Of a DNA stretch of 63,653 nucleotides, positions 9,219 to 19,380 are shown in pieces; within the stretch, counting starts at the first letter, position 1, and each line of letters opens with the position of its first letter. The notes under the pieces were generated by a model, which ran no database searches, was not told where the DNA came from, and worked only from the letters and a program-made list of their open reading frames with translations. Source of the DNA: Nanobdellota archaeon (GTDB taxonomy: Archaea > Nanobdellota > Nanobdellia > Pacearchaeales > GW2011-AR1); contig JAHITZ010000046.1 in assembly GCA_018817405.1 (NCBI GenBank), forward strand, positions 1-63,653, given 5' to 3'. Both the position numbers and the translations under genes were made by a program.

Positions 9219-10325
9219 CTACTCCAAAGCAAACCTCAGTATCGCCCCAACCCCTTTTGTCAAATTAAAAAACTGCTCACCATCCTGATGGTCTATTCCT
9301 ATTATCACAACCTCAGACCCAATGTTCTCAGCCATTTTCTCAAACTCTTTTTCCTTATCCCTTTCCCATTTCTTAGACATCAACAAAACCTCTACAGCAC
9401 CACGTTCCAAGGCAAGTCGAACATTATCCTCACCATAAACTGCCCGCATCTTATCCTTTCCAAGTGTATTAAAAAAACGCTCTACTATTTTCTTTTCCTT
9501 AATCAGCTCTTGCTCCTGAATCTCTTGCTGCGACGCCTCAACCAAAAGCTCCAAACCATGTTCATCAACATATCCCAAATCCTTTATTGAAATAACCTTT
9601 TCTTTCAGCTTCGTAACCAACTGTCCCTCATCAAGAAAATCTTCTTTCGTTGGAATCGGCCCGCCAACCAGAATCCCCTTCAACCTAGGCATCTCAAAAA
9701 ATATTTTTTTCATTTCAGCTGCAACACGCCTAAAAAATTCCTTAGCCAGTCCTTCTGTAATTCTATGAAATCTTTGTGAGCTCTGCCCCCCTGCCCGAAT
9801 CTTCCCAGGAACCCCCGAAGTCAATTTCTGCAAAACCTTGATTTGGTTTCCCTCTAACAAACCTATTGTCGCCTGCTGTCTGTCAATCACAAGCAACCCG
9901 TAAACTTCTTCAATCCCAACCATTTCTTTCAATGGCTCAATAACAAATTCCTGGTCACACCTGTAAATTTTAACATTCAAAGATTTAAACGGCTCAATCA
10001 CCCACAACTGAATATCTGAATCACCTTCTTTCTGGGAAATATTCCCGCAATAAATCGCAAGCCCGTTAGGTGGAGTTTGCTTCATGCCCTTCAACTCCCG
10101 GATTATAGTATCAAGAGCAGCAATAACATTTTTCCTTGTTGAAGTTGATTTTATGTTTGAAGCCGTGCTTTTCTCACCTTCAATCTGCCGAGTCACAATA
10201 TTAATATTTGCCCCCGCTGGAATCAAGACAGTCACAAGCTCTGTATGCCCTCCCCGAATACTTTCCAGTAGCTCAATCAAGTCTTCAAGTTTCTGCTTTT
10301 CTTTTGCTTCATCTTTTTCTGCCAT
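9219..10325 (-). CDS. prf1: peptide chain release factor aRF1
   Basis: TASNIKS, YRCD, AGGQS motifs. Confidence 0.97.
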   Translation of the reverse strand: MAEKDEAKEKQKLEDLIELLESIRGGHTELVTVLIPAGANINIVTRQIEGEKSTASNIKSTSTRKNVIAALDTIIRELKGMKQTPPNGLAIYCGNISQKEGDSDIQLWVIEPFKSLNVKIYRCDQEFVIEPLKEMVGIEEVYGLLVIDRQQATIGLLEGNQIKVLQKLTSGVPGKIRAGGQSSQRFHRITEGLAKEFFRRVAAEMKKIFFEMPRLKGILVGGPIPTKEDFLDEGQLVTKLKEKVISIKDLGYVDEHGLELLVEASQQEIQEQELIKEKKIVERFFNTLGKDKMRAVYGEDNVRLALERGAVEVLLMSKKWERDKEKEFEKMAENIGSEVVIIGIDHQDGEQFFNLTKGVGAILRFALE

Positions 10326-10366
10326 TTTAAAGAATAAGAAATAGAGTTAATAAAATTATGCTACCC

Positions 10367-10669
10367 TCAAAGGCCCAAAGTCCCCTGTGTTGGTCTAGGC
10401 TGTTCTTCAGGAAAAAGCAATTGCCTTGCTTCAGGACAATGAATCCTTTGCCCATCTTTTGCTCGTGTAATATCTCTTAGCAACCGCGCGTTCACATCCC
10501 TTTGATTACCATACTTTTTTACAATCACGGCATCCATCAAAGTCAACTTTTTAGGACCAACCTTAGTCATATGCCCATAACTCGCAAATAAAGCCACAAA
10601 ACTCCTCCCCTCAATATGGTCCTCTCCAACATCTTCCCTATGCAAACCATATCTTGTCGCGTCACCCAT
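10367..10669 (-). CDS. hypothetical protein
   Basis: 100-aa ORF with TTTATAAA box upstream. Confidence 0.6.
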   Translation of the reverse strand: MGDATRYGLHREDVGEDHIEGRSFVALFASYGHMTKVGPKKLTLMDAVIVKKYGNQRDVNARLLRDITRAKDGQRIHCPEARQLLFPEEQPRPTQGTLGL

Positions 10670-10726
10670 TTTTATCCCCCATTCTTAAACTAAAGAGTTT
10701 ATAAAATTAATCCTTCCGCACCACAA

Positions 10727-11128
10727 CTAATTGCAACTCTCAGTAAAAAATGGCCCATATTCTCCAGCTCCATAACTCATACCGTTTAATGTAACTTCCT
10801 TCCCAACAAGATCAACAATAATAGTTTTAGTTTCTATATCAAAAGAATTGCCCCAATCTCTTGCAAGCTCATATTTAATGTCCTCAAAGATTATATAATA
10901 AATTGTGTTTTCACTTCTCGTACCTTCCAACACAACTTCTGATTCAACAACGCCTGTAATTGTAGTCTCAACCGCAGCAGGCAACATATCCGGCATCACA
11001 TCTATTATTATTGGGCATTCATTATCAGGAATCATATAACTCTCTTCTTCGGGATAAACAACACTTACTATGGCTATTGCTAAAAATGCAACAACAATCA
11101 GTCCAATTATAACGTTTGTTTTTTTCAT
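10727..11128 (-). CDS. secreted/membrane-anchored hypothetical protein
   Basis: N-terminal signal helix, acidic beta-rich body. Confidence 0.7.
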   Translation of the reverse strand: MKKTNVIIGLIVVAFLAIAIVSVVYPEEESYMIPDNECPIIIDVMPDMLPAAVETTITGVVESEVVLEGTRSENTIYYIIFEDIKYELARDWGNSFDIETKTIIVDLVGKEVTLNGMSYGAGEYGPFFTESCN

Positions 11129-11176
11129 AAATTCTAAAATAATATTTAATACAAAAACCCTGTTATAACTTCGAAC

Positions 11177-13555
11177 TTATTTGAAGTCAACCCCAAACTT
11201 CCCTTCCTTAATCTCTGAAGCATTGACAACAGACTTCAAATCATCCAAAACATCTTTCAAAACCCTCATATCTTCCTTACTCAACATCAACTTCACCGGA
11301 GAATTCATCGCCTTCTTATTCTCTGACTTTACCTGCCTAACTTTCTTCAAAACTTCAATAAACTTATCTCCAACTTTCTCAACTTTCTTAGATCCCTTCA
11401 AATCCAAAGAAGGCCACTCACTAACATGAATGCTCTTTTTTTTCTCGCGCAAAGCAAAATAATTCTGATAAATTTCCTCTGTTATAAAACAAGTTATCGG
11501 CGCTATCATTTTCAAAATCGCCAGAAGCGACTCATACAAAACATACTGCGCAGACTCCTTCTCCTCTTTCATACCATTATATACCCTATTCTTTATAATC
11601 TCCAAGTAATTATCTGTAAAAGTGTTCCAGAAAAACTTTTCAATCTCGCGCTTTGCTCCAGAAATATTATAAGATTCATACGCGCCGTTAACTTTCTCCA
11701 AAGTTCCCGAAAGTTTCTGCATCATCCACTCATCAATTTCAACCAACTTCTTCGGTTTTTTCCCATTAAAATCCTTCAAATGCATAAACACAAACCTCGA
11801 AGCATTCCACAATTTTATAATAAATCTTTGCCCAGCTACCAACTCCTGCTCTTTAAACGGCAAATCAATTCCAATTCCTGCAGAACCAACCCAATACCTA
11901 AACGCGTCAACACCATACTTTTCAATTAACTCGTCAGCCCACAACGCATTCCCTTTACTTTTATGCATTCCTTTTCCATCTGGGTCTAGAACATAAGTCC
12001 CAATCATAACATCTTTCCAGGGAATTCTATTGAACAACAAGTGCGATTTTAAAATCGTATAAAACGCCCAGGTCCTAATAATATCATGCGACTGCGGTCT
12101 CAACGAAAATGGCTTTATTTTCTTATACAACTCTGGGTTTTCCAGCCATTTCCCTGCAACCTCTGGACTATTTGAAGAAGTCATCCATGTATCTAAAACA
12201 TCTTTTTCAGGCCTTGCCTTTTTTTTACATTTTTTACATTTCTTGCCAACTTCAATCGGGTCAACAGGCAGTTCTTTTTCATCTGCAAAAATCACTTCAT
12301 CACATTCCTCGCAATACCAAACCGGAATCGGCACTCCGTAATATCTCTGCCTAGAAATAATCCAATCCCACCCAAGATTTTCAGTCCAATTCTCAAACCT
12401 CGCCCTCATAAATTTAGGATACCACTTGATTTCCCTCGCTCTTTTTATCAGTTCTTCCTTATATTTCAAAGTTTTAACAAACCATTGTTTCGTGACAATG
12501 TATTCAACAGGCGTTCCACAACGCCAGCAACTCCCAACTGTCTGTTCCAACGGCTCCTGACTTTCCAGCCTTCCTTCTTTTTCTAAATCTTCCAGCATCT
12601 TTCTCCTTCCTTCTTCCAAACTCAAACCTTCATACTTTCCAGCCAGTTCATTTAAACTCCCGTCAACATTCAAAATTGACTTCAATTCTAGCTTATGTTT
12701 TTTCCACCACTCAATGTCAGTATTATCTCCAAAAGTACAAACCATAACAACCCCTGTTCCAAAATCCTTGTCAACTTTTTCATCAGTCATAACTTTAACT
12801 TTATGATTAAACAACGGAACAATCAATTCCTTTCCAACTAAATACTTAAATCTCTTATCTTTAGGATGGACAAACACACCGACACATGCTGGCAAAAATT
12901 CAGGACGCGTGGTCGCAATAGTAACTTTTTCGTTTTTAAAATCAAACACATCAAAATAAACATAATTCAACTTCGTTGTCCTGTGCAAGTCTTCAACCTC
13001 TGCCTGAGCTAAAGCTGTCTGATGATGCCCGCACCAAATAACCGGTTCCTCCTTTCTGTAACAATCGCCTTTCTTCACCAACTTCAAAAACGACATCTGC
13101 GAAACTCTCTGCGCCTCTAGCGAAATCGTCGTGTACAACAAAGACCAATCATAACTATGCCCAAGTCTCTTAAAAACATTGTCAGAATATTCTTTTATAA
13201 CCTTCTCTGATTCTTTCAAACAAAGCTTCCTAAACTCTGCCCGATTTGTCTTTGACTTGTCAATTCCCATCTTCTCTTCAACATATTTCTCCGTAGGCAG
13301 ACCATTATTATCAAATCCAGGAGGAAAATAAACCTCTCTTCCAAGCAACCGCATAATCCTCGCCATAATCTCAAACTGCGTATAATGTAAAGCATGCCCG
13401 ACATGCAAATGCCCAGACGACGCATAAGGCGGCGGCGTGTCAATCGAATATATCTTCTTCTTGCTCTTGGGATTGAATTTGTAAATCTTTTCCTTTTCCC
13501 AATACGCTCGCCATTTCTCTTCAATTGCTTTTATGTCTAGTTGTTTCTTTGTCAT
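11177..13555 (-). CDS. valS: valine--tRNA ligase
   Basis: DTPPPY, HVGH (HIGH), DWIISRQR, GMHKSKGN (KMSKS variant). Confidence 0.95.
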   Translation of the reverse strand: MTKKQLDIKAIEEKWRAYWEKEKIYKFNPKSKKKIYSIDTPPPYASSGHLHVGHALHYTQFEIMARIMRLLGREVYFPPGFDNNGLPTEKYVEEKMGIDKSKTNRAEFRKLCLKESEKVIKEYSDNVFKRLGHSYDWSLLYTTISLEAQRVSQMSFLKLVKKGDCYRKEEPVIWCGHHQTALAQAEVEDLHRTTKLNYVYFDVFDFKNEKVTIATTRPEFLPACVGVFVHPKDKRFKYLVGKELIVPLFNHKVKVMTDEKVDKDFGTGVVMVCTFGDNTDIEWWKKHKLELKSILNVDGSLNELAGKYEGLSLEEGRRKMLEDLEKEGRLESQEPLEQTVGSCWRCGTPVEYIVTKQWFVKTLKYKEELIKRAREIKWYPKFMRARFENWTENLGWDWIISRQRYYGVPIPVWYCEECDEVIFADEKELPVDPIEVGKKCKKCKKKARPEKDVLDTWMTSSNSPEVAGKWLENPELYKKIKPFSLRPQSHDIIRTWAFYTILKSHLLFNRIPWKDVMIGTYVLDPDGKGMHKSKGNALWADELIEKYGVDAFRYWVGSAGIGIDLPFKEQELVAGQRFIIKLWNASRFVFMHLKDFNGKKPKKLVEIDEWMMQKLSGTLEKVNGAYESYNISGAKREIEKFFWNTFTDNYLEIIKNRVYNGMKEEKESAQYVLYESLLAILKMIAPITCFITEEIYQNYFALREKKKSIHVSEWPSLDLKGSKKVEKVGDKFIEVLKKVRQVKSENKKAMNSPVKLMLSKEDMRVLKDVLDDLKSVVNASEIKEGKFGVDFK

Positions 13556-13588
13556 ACAAAAAAGATAAGCAGAGAGGGATTAAAAATC

Positions 13589-14356
13589 TTAGGGTTTCGC
13601 GCTTTTCCAAAGCAAATTGAAATATTCCAAGAAGCTATTTGCCACATCTTGTGAATGTATGTAAATAGAAGAAACCTTCTTACCAAAAATTATGATGATT
13701 GTTCTATCTCTATAGAGATTTATGGCTACAGGGGATGTGTGTTCTATGTATTTTGTCATGGTTCCAGAAAACCTTTTAGAAGAATAAAGTTTTGAAGTTG
13801 TCTCCTTCTGATTATAATTAAAAAGCATTTTTGTCTTTATCCCTTTTTCATTTCTCATAACATGCACTTTTTCGAAAAACATTTGCACCCTTTTTTCCAT
13901 TTCTGTCTCACTACCCCAAGTCCCACCAATAACATAACAAGTTTCTCCCTTTTTCAGAGTTTCAACTTGCTCTCGAAAAATAATCTCTAGACCTTTCATC
14001 CCGCTCAATAGTTCAACTTCCTGATCCTCCTTAGATGAGTTAAATTTTTCTAACAACGCCGGAATAATTGATTTGGTTTGTTTTTCAATTTCTAGTATCT
14101 TCTCTTTCTTTTCTTCTAAATAACTCAATATCTGCTTAGGGTTTGTCGGCTTGAAGTGTTTAACCTTGTCATTAATATAAACAGAAACCAAACCTTTTTC
14201 CTGTAGTTTGCTAAGTATATCATACACCTTTGAACCAGCTATGCCAGATTCGTGAACAATATACTTTCTTGTGGAGTCGCCCAAATCCAGCAACGCAAGG
14301 TAAACTCTTGCCTCAGAAGAATTTAATCCGATTTCCTGTAAAATTTGCGTATTCAT
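13589..14356 (-). CDS. TrmB-family transcriptional regulator
   Basis: GLNSSEARVYLALL HTH, LQEKGLV, FxxLW C-terminus; start ATG 14356. Confidence 0.9.
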   Translation of the reverse strand: MNTQILQEIGLNSSEARVYLALLDLGDSTRKYIVHESGIAGSKVYDILSKLQEKGLVSVYINDKVKHFKPTNPKQILSYLEEKKEKILEIEKQTKSIIPALLEKFNSSKEDQEVELLSGMKGLEIIFREQVETLKKGETCYVIGGTWGSETEMEKRVQMFFEKVHVMRNEKGIKTKMLFNYNQKETTSKLYSSKRFSGTMTKYIEHTSPVAINLYRDRTIIIIFGKKVSSIYIHSQDVANSFLEYFNLLWKSAKP

Positions 14357-14361
14357 AGGAC

Positions 14362-14372
14362 TACCTAAGGTA
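14362..14372. promoter_or_regulatory. palindrome TACCT-A-AGGTA, candidate TrmB operator
   Basis: IR in the 54-bp divergent intergenic region. Confidence 0.35.
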
Positions 14373-14410
14373 ACCCTAATATTTAAGTATTGTTGTTTTA
14401 TGTTACTACT

Positions 14411-14905
14411 ATGACAAGACATGAAACTAACATGGAGAGAAGAATAAGAAAGGACAAAGGAAGAGAGAAAACAGGCATAGAGAGATTTATAGAAAAGTGG
14501 GCAGTCCATATTGCAGTGCCTCTTATGGGAACGTTGATAGCTATTGGTTCGTATGGTTTAGGAGGAATAAATGAAAGATATAAAATTGAACGTGAAAAAC
14601 CAGAACAGCCGCAACTTAATTATCAAGATTTAGTCGGGTTTGGCAATTCAAATGATGTAATAAAGAAAGACATAAAAACAGTAATGTATGATTTTGGTGG
14701 CGAATCTCTTTTTGTTCTGAGTGATTTAACTCGTGATGGGGAAATTGATCATATGACTGTGCAAAGTTGCGTTCCATACCGGGGACACGAATTAAGTCAC
14801 ATCTATATCAGCAAAGAACTAGCACCAACCTCTAAACAAGATGAAAACTTTACAGTTGTGGATCCTTCCTTTTTTTATACATTTAACAGGCTAGATGAAA
14901 ATTAA
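14411..14905 (+). CDS. membrane-anchored hypothetical protein divergent from TrmB
   Basis: single TM helix, DLTRDGEID Ca-binding-like loop. Confidence 0.65.
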   Translation: MTRHETNMERRIRKDKGREKTGIERFIEKWAVHIAVPLMGTLIAIGSYGLGGINERYKIEREKPEQPQLNYQDLVGFGNSNDVIKKDIKTVMYDFGGESLFVLSDLTRDGEIDHMTVQSCVPYRGHELSHIYISKELAPTSKQDENFTVVDPSFFYTFNRLDEN

Positions 14906-15037
14906 TAGAATAACTTATTAACTTATTTTTTTATTTTTATTTTGGATTAATCAAGCCTTATCCATATTCCACATATCCCCCCGCTAGATAATCCTCACAA
15001 ACCAAAACCTTTTAAACTTCTTATCTTTCAAAATAAC

Positions 15038-15205
15038 ATGCCAAAACAAAACAAAATCCACATGCCTGGAGCATTCGGCGGTCTGATGCGCTACGACGAA
15101 GAATTCAAGTCCCGTTTTATGATTTCACCAAACGTAATTATCGGATTTGTAATTGCAATCATAGTTTTTGTTCTTGCTTTAACACTTTTGTTTCCAGTTG
15201 GATAA
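15038..15205 (+). CDS. secG: preprotein translocase subunit Sec61-beta
   Basis: 55 aa, absent from the ORF track: MPGAFGGLMRYDEE followed by a single TM helix. Confidence 0.9.
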   Translation: MPKQNKIHMPGAFGGLMRYDEEFKSRFMISPNVIIGFVIAIIVFVLALTLLFPVG

Positions 15206-15290
15206 TCACTACTCTCACCCACCCCCCACCCCAAAATCCTACATAATAAAAATCCTCAATTAACTTCTCATAATTATTTCCGATTTACCA

Positions 15291-15477
15291 ATGTCGAGAT
15301 TTGCATTTACTTTCTCACGAACTAAAGTATGGAGTTTACGCAAAATGCAAATCTTAATGTGTCAAGAACCCTCGGACTAAAGTCCGGGGCGTGTCAGGGT
15401 TCTTGATCATGACCGAGAACCAGCACGCTCACTCCGAACTGAAGTAGGGAGCGTGCGCTTCAATGTCCTCGGCATGT
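15291..15477. repeat. three tandem palindromic units, each with an IS200/IS605-end-like inner hairpin (family C)
   Basis: outer IRs GATTTGCATTT/AAATGCAAATC, TCAAGAACCCT/AGGGTTCTTGA, GCACGCTC/GAGCGTGC; inner ACT(A/G)AAGT cores. Confidence 0.7.
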
Positions 15478-15596
15478 TAATTCTCCTCAATAGTCCATTG
15501 GCCTCAAAGTTTGAAACAATTAAACTATTTGGCAGTTGTAACCCCCGTATCTCCGCCCAACAAAAACTATAAAAACCCATTCCCTTATTCTAAAAC

Positions 15597-15932
15597 ATGT
15601 TCCCAGGACTAGGTGGTATGAACCCAAAAAAAATGCAGGGCATGATGAAACAGCTAGGCATCCAGCAGGAAGAAATCCCTGCAGAAAAAGTAATAATTGA
15701 AACTTCTGACAAAAAAATAATTATAGAAAACCCAAATGTCCAAAAAATAAAAATGCAGGGGCAAGAGTCCTTCCAAATTACAGGTAAGGTAAAAGAAGAA
15801 ACTCAGGAGAATTTCACACAAGAAGATATCAAACTAGTTGCAGAAAAAACCGGCAAATCTGAAGCAGAAGCCCGCACAGCTCTTAAAAAAACAGGCGATA
15901 TTGCAGAAGCGATTGTGAAACTGAGTGAATAA
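15597..15932 (+). CDS. nac: nascent polypeptide-associated complex protein
   Basis: MNPKKMQGMMKQLGI and C-terminal UBA-like GDIAEAI. Confidence 0.95.
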   Translation: MFPGLGGMNPKKMQGMMKQLGIQQEEIPAEKVIIETSDKKIIIENPNVQKIKMQGQESFQITGKVKEETQENFTQEDIKLVAEKTGKSEAEARTALKKTGDIAEAIVKLSE

Positions 15933-16042
15933 AATAAAAACAACCACTTCAAAACAGCAACAGCAATTTTCTAGAAAAGTATTTAAACATCCCTTACCTA
16001 TCAAACCCCGAGCTAAATGGATTATACGGTATAGAGATATCT

Positions 16043-16468
16043 ATGGAAGGAATTATAAAAGAGAAAATTAGTGCTGATCATCTTCTTTACGTGAGTTTGA
16101 AGTACACAAAAACATGTGATGTAATCATTAATCTGCTCTCTCGCTGGAAAAAAATGATAGAAAGATGTATTGACAGGCTGGTTGCAAAGGCAAAAAAAGA
16201 CAAAAAATGGAAACCAGTCCCAGATGCTCCCCGCGCTAAACTAATTCAATTGAAAAAAATCTATGCAAATGTTCCAGAAGTGCTGGAAACACTCGAGATA
16301 TACGAAGTGTTCAGAGACATTGATAAATTAGAAAAAGTCCGCGAAAATGAATTCAGAAAGGGAGTCAACCTAAGAGTTACCTACAAAGGAAAACCAACAA
16401 ACATCAATTTAAATCAATTAAAAGAATATGCAATTATTCTAGAAAGGTTTATAAGCTATATCAAATAA
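16043..16468 (+). CDS. conserved-looking hypothetical protein
   Basis: ADHLLYVSLKYTKTCDVI motif; operon-like with MinD. Confidence 0.75.
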   Translation: MEGIIKEKISADHLLYVSLKYTKTCDVIINLLSRWKKMIERCIDRLVAKAKKDKKWKPVPDAPRAKLIQLKKIYANVPEVLETLEIYEVFRDIDKLEKVRENEFRKGVNLRVTYKGKPTNINLNQLKEYAIILERFISYIK

Positions 16469-16517
16469 TTTCTTCTACTTGAGTAGGGCCACACAAAAAA
16501 TTATAAAAGAATACAAA

Positions 16518-17276
16518 ATGAGTAGATTAATAACAATAACATCTGGAAAGGGGGGGGTTGGTAAAACAACAACATCTATTAACCTTGCCACAGCCCTGAA
16601 CTCTTTTGGAAAAGATGTCATAGTGGTTGACGCGAATCTTACAACTCCAAATATAGGCTTGCATTTAGGGGCCCCGATAGTTCCGATAAGCTTAAATCAC
16701 ATTCTTCTAGGCAAGGCAAAAGTTGCAGAAGCTATTTACGAACACGAATCAGGGACAAAAGTCATCCCATCCTCTCTTTCTATTAACGAATTAAGACGAA
16801 TCAACCACAAAAAACTAAAAGATGTCGGTAAAAAATTAAGAAGAATGGCAGACATAACCATCTACGATTCAGCAGCAGGACTCGGAGAAGAAGCAATCGC
16901 AGCAATGGAATCCGCAGACGAATTAATCATTGTCACTAATCCTGAGATTCCTGCAGTCACAGATGCACTAAAAACTTCAAAACTAATAGAACAGCTCGGC
17001 AAATCTGTAAAGGGAGTCATAGTAACTCGCGTCAAAAAAAACTCAAAAACTCAAATGCCAATCTCAAACATCGCAGAAATGCTAGAGCTACCCATACTTG
17101 GAGTCATCCCAGAAGACGAACGCATCCAGCAATCCCTCGTAATGAAAGATGCACTCGTCCATACCCACCCAAAGTCCAAACCAGCTCTTGCATATAAAAA
17201 AATCGCAGCAAAATTAGTAAACATGGAATTCAACGAAAAACCCAGCTTCTTTGATAAGTTGTTTGGTAGGTACTAA
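16518..17276 (+). CDS. minD: MinD/ParA-family ATPase
   Basis: SGKGGVGKTT, VDANL, DSAAGLG; C-terminal amphipathic FFDKLFG. Confidence 0.92.
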   Translation: MSRLITITSGKGGVGKTTTSINLATALNSFGKDVIVVDANLTTPNIGLHLGAPIVPISLNHILLGKAKVAEAIYEHESGTKVIPSSLSINELRRINHKKLKDVGKKLRRMADITIYDSAAGLGEEAIAAMESADELIIVTNPEIPAVTDALKTSKLIEQLGKSVKGVIVTRVKKNSKTQMPISNIAEMLELPILGVIPEDERIQQSLVMKDALVHTHPKSKPALAYKKIAAKLVNMEFNEKPSFFDKLFGRY

Positions 17277-17312
17277 CCTAAACTATATAAACCTCCCTGA
17301 CTTAATTACAAA

Positions 17313-17864
17313 ATGAAAAAAGAGCAGTGGATTATAGCTATCATAATAATTCTTGCAATTATTGGTTATTTTGCTTTTGTGAAAGATGTTGCTTTATTGA
17401 GCTCTTTTGAAAGTGATGTTAATTCTGAAGAAATTGATTTTGGTATCAAACCACCACCTCCATCGCAGCTCCCGAATTTTGAATGTAATCCTCCATGTAA
17501 TTTTCCTGATGAAGTAATGGGTTTTGGTGAATCTAATGATTATGAGCTTGAAACTAATGATGACTGTTCGAGTGATAGTGAATGCGAAACCCTTTGTCAA
17601 CCTTTAGCAGAAATTAACGAAGATAGGGCTTGCGACGATGCAGGCGATGATATTCGAAAAAATTTTAAATGTGACCAACCGCCTGAAGGATCTGGATTTA
17701 TTTGTACAAGAAGCCTCGAAATGGGTAATTGTTATATTACTATAGAATCTGAAGCGTCGGGGGACTGTGTAGGGGTATTTGATCCGGAATGTGTTTGTTT
17801 TGCCACTGGTGCGCATGCAAGAAAAGATGCTGAGTTTTGCTGTTCTAAAAGTGCTACTTATTAG
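17313..17864 (+). CDS. Cys-rich secreted protein
   Basis: signal helix, many Cys, acidic; G/T-rich unlike resident + strand genes. Confidence 0.75.
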   Translation: MKKEQWIIAIIIILAIIGYFAFVKDVALLSSFESDVNSEEIDFGIKPPPPSQLPNFECNPPCNFPDEVMGFGESNDYELETNDDCSSDSECETLCQPLAEINEDRACDDAGDDIRKNFKCDQPPEGSGFICTRSLEMGNCYITIESEASGDCVGVFDPECVCFATGAHARKDAEFCCSKSATY

Positions 17865-18267
17865 GTCCAGTAAGATTAATCAACTTATGATAATCCACCG
17901 CTTCGCGACCATTCAGTCCAGAATAACCTTCTAAAAAACACAAGTCTTTACTTCCATCTTTGCTTTCTTTTACAACTCCTCCGATAACTCTGTTACCGAA
18001 TTTAAAACTTATTCTGTTGTTTAACATTCCACCCATATATGAATATCGATATGACCAGGCCATAGTACAATCCTCAACCGCCTCTGGCAAAATCGCCCTG
18101 CAAACCGCATTGTTCGTCCCAACCAAAGCAGCCAGCCCAATCAAAACCTTAGCCCTTCTAGATAACCTTCTCCTCTTCCCCTTCACTGGAGCATAATTAA
18201 GCCTTCCACTAAAACATTCTTCCCCATCAGCCAATTCTGCCAAAGGTGCTTCGTTTTCTCTTTCCAT
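17854..18267 (-). CDS. hypothetical membrane-anchored protein
   Basis: basic stretch followed by a hydrophobic segment; TTTTATAA box upstream. Confidence 0.6.
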   Translation of the reverse strand: MERENEAPLAELADGEECFSGRLNYAPVKGKRRRLSRRAKVLIGLAALVGTNNAVCRAILPEAVEDCTMAWSYRYSYMGGMLNNRISFKFGNRVIGGVVKESKDGSKDLCFLEGYSGLNGREAVDYHKLINLTGPNK

Positions 18268-18311
18268 AAAAACCCCTCTTCATCTCATTATAAAAACCTT
18301 TCGAATCTCAC

Positions 18312-18433
18312 AGCTCTGTTAAAAATCTCGATATCTGAAAGTCTCTTCAATTAACAATATCCAGATATCGCGCGGGTGGGCGGTTGGGTAGTCAGATAGT
18401 GGGGCAAATTCCGACCACTTTTTCAATAGAACC
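18312..18433. mobile_element. MITE family D
   Basis: imperfect TIR AGCTCTGTTAAAAA/TTTTTCAATAGAACC; 9-bp TSD GAATCTCAC at 18303-18311 and 18434-18442; inner IR CGATATCTG/CAGATATCG; GGGTGGGCGGTTGGG core. Confidence 0.8.
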
Positions 18434-18459
18434 GAATCTCACTACTCTCCTAAATAACA

Positions 18460-18789
18460 TCAAGAAACCAATCTCCCTGTTCTAACATAAACAGAACAAT
18501 GGTCTTCTTTAACAATCCTGCCAAGGCAATGCCACTTTTCATCGTACTTTCTTTGCACCTCCGGATTCGCAAACCTATAAAACCTACTCCGCCTGTTCTT
18601 CATATATCTCTTCTCAGCCCTCTCCAAAAGAGCCTCTCTCTCATAAGAACCATCCCAAAAGTTAAAATAAACCAATTCATCCACATTCTCTCGCAACCTA
18701 TTACTTACAAAACCAAGCATCCAATCAGCCATCATAACCTTTCCAACAACCTTCTCAAACCAATTCCGTTCAGGTTTCAACCTTGCCAT
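18460..18789 (-). CDS. hypothetical protein
   Basis: 109-aa ORF, GGAGA RBS-like sequence. Confidence 0.6.
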   Translation of the reverse strand: MARLKPERNWFEKVVGKVMMADWMLGFVSNRLRENVDELVYFNFWDGSYEREALLERAEKRYMKNRRSRFYRFANPEVQRKYDEKWHCLGRIVKEDHCSVYVRTGRLVS

Positions 18790-19053
18790 AAAAATCTCCC
18801 CTAAAACAAGGGTTCTCGGTTAAGAATTAATCTCCATTTATAAACAAATTACTTTTCGGGCGTAGCCCAATCAATGATTAGCTAACCCTCATGCCATATA
18901 TCGGTTCAACAGAAATGTGAACTATTTATAATCCAGAGGGTTATTATTCTATCGAATACAAGTTAATAGTTAAATCTAATTATACCTAAAGCTTACAGGA
19001 CTCTTCTTCTGTTTTAATAATTAACATCCTCTTCTATTAATTTTTTCTTTTGC

Positions 19054-19079
19054 CATTTTTATTCAACTATCCTCATACC
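19054..19079 (-). repeat. diverged copy of the tRNA-binding protein 3' end plus the next start codon
   Basis: 23/27 match to 19372-19398. Confidence 0.7.
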
Positions 19080-19374
19080 ACCTAATCGCATCATAAACTT
19101 CATTAGGCATAATCGACATTAAACCAAAACGTTCAAATCCTTCTTCTGTTTTAGCAATTTTCTGCAATCCTAATATCAACTCCCTTCCAACCCCTCTCCT
19201 TATCCCATCAACAGCATTGACATGCGTCAATTCCCCACCACATTCTCTTTCCAACATTTCACGAAGTTGTTCCCATTCTCTGTAACCAGTAACTTCTCTG
19301 CTGGCATTCATCATATCTACAACTGCCGAATCCTCCTCCTCTCGAAAACCTTGAAAAATTTTTCCTCTTGTCAT
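19063..19374 (-). CDS. hypothetical accessory protein bracketed by a direct repeat
   Basis: 103-aa ORF whose last codons are formed by the repeat. Confidence 0.6.
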   Translation of the reverse strand: MTRGKIFQGFREEEDSAVVDMMNASREVTGYREWEQLREMLERECGGELTHVNAVDGIRRGVGRELILGLQKIAKTEEGFERFGLMSIMPNEVYDAIRWYEDS

Positions 19375-19380
19375 TTTTAT

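Noticed and set aside
11140..11180. Possible ValRS end stub (KFEV versus KFGV)
   Set aside because: Only about four codons with no matching stop position; indistinguishable from chance
18830..19056. Decayed ORF starting MAKEKINR, and similar debris at 2380-2580
   Set aside because: Multiple stops in all frames; no product can be supported
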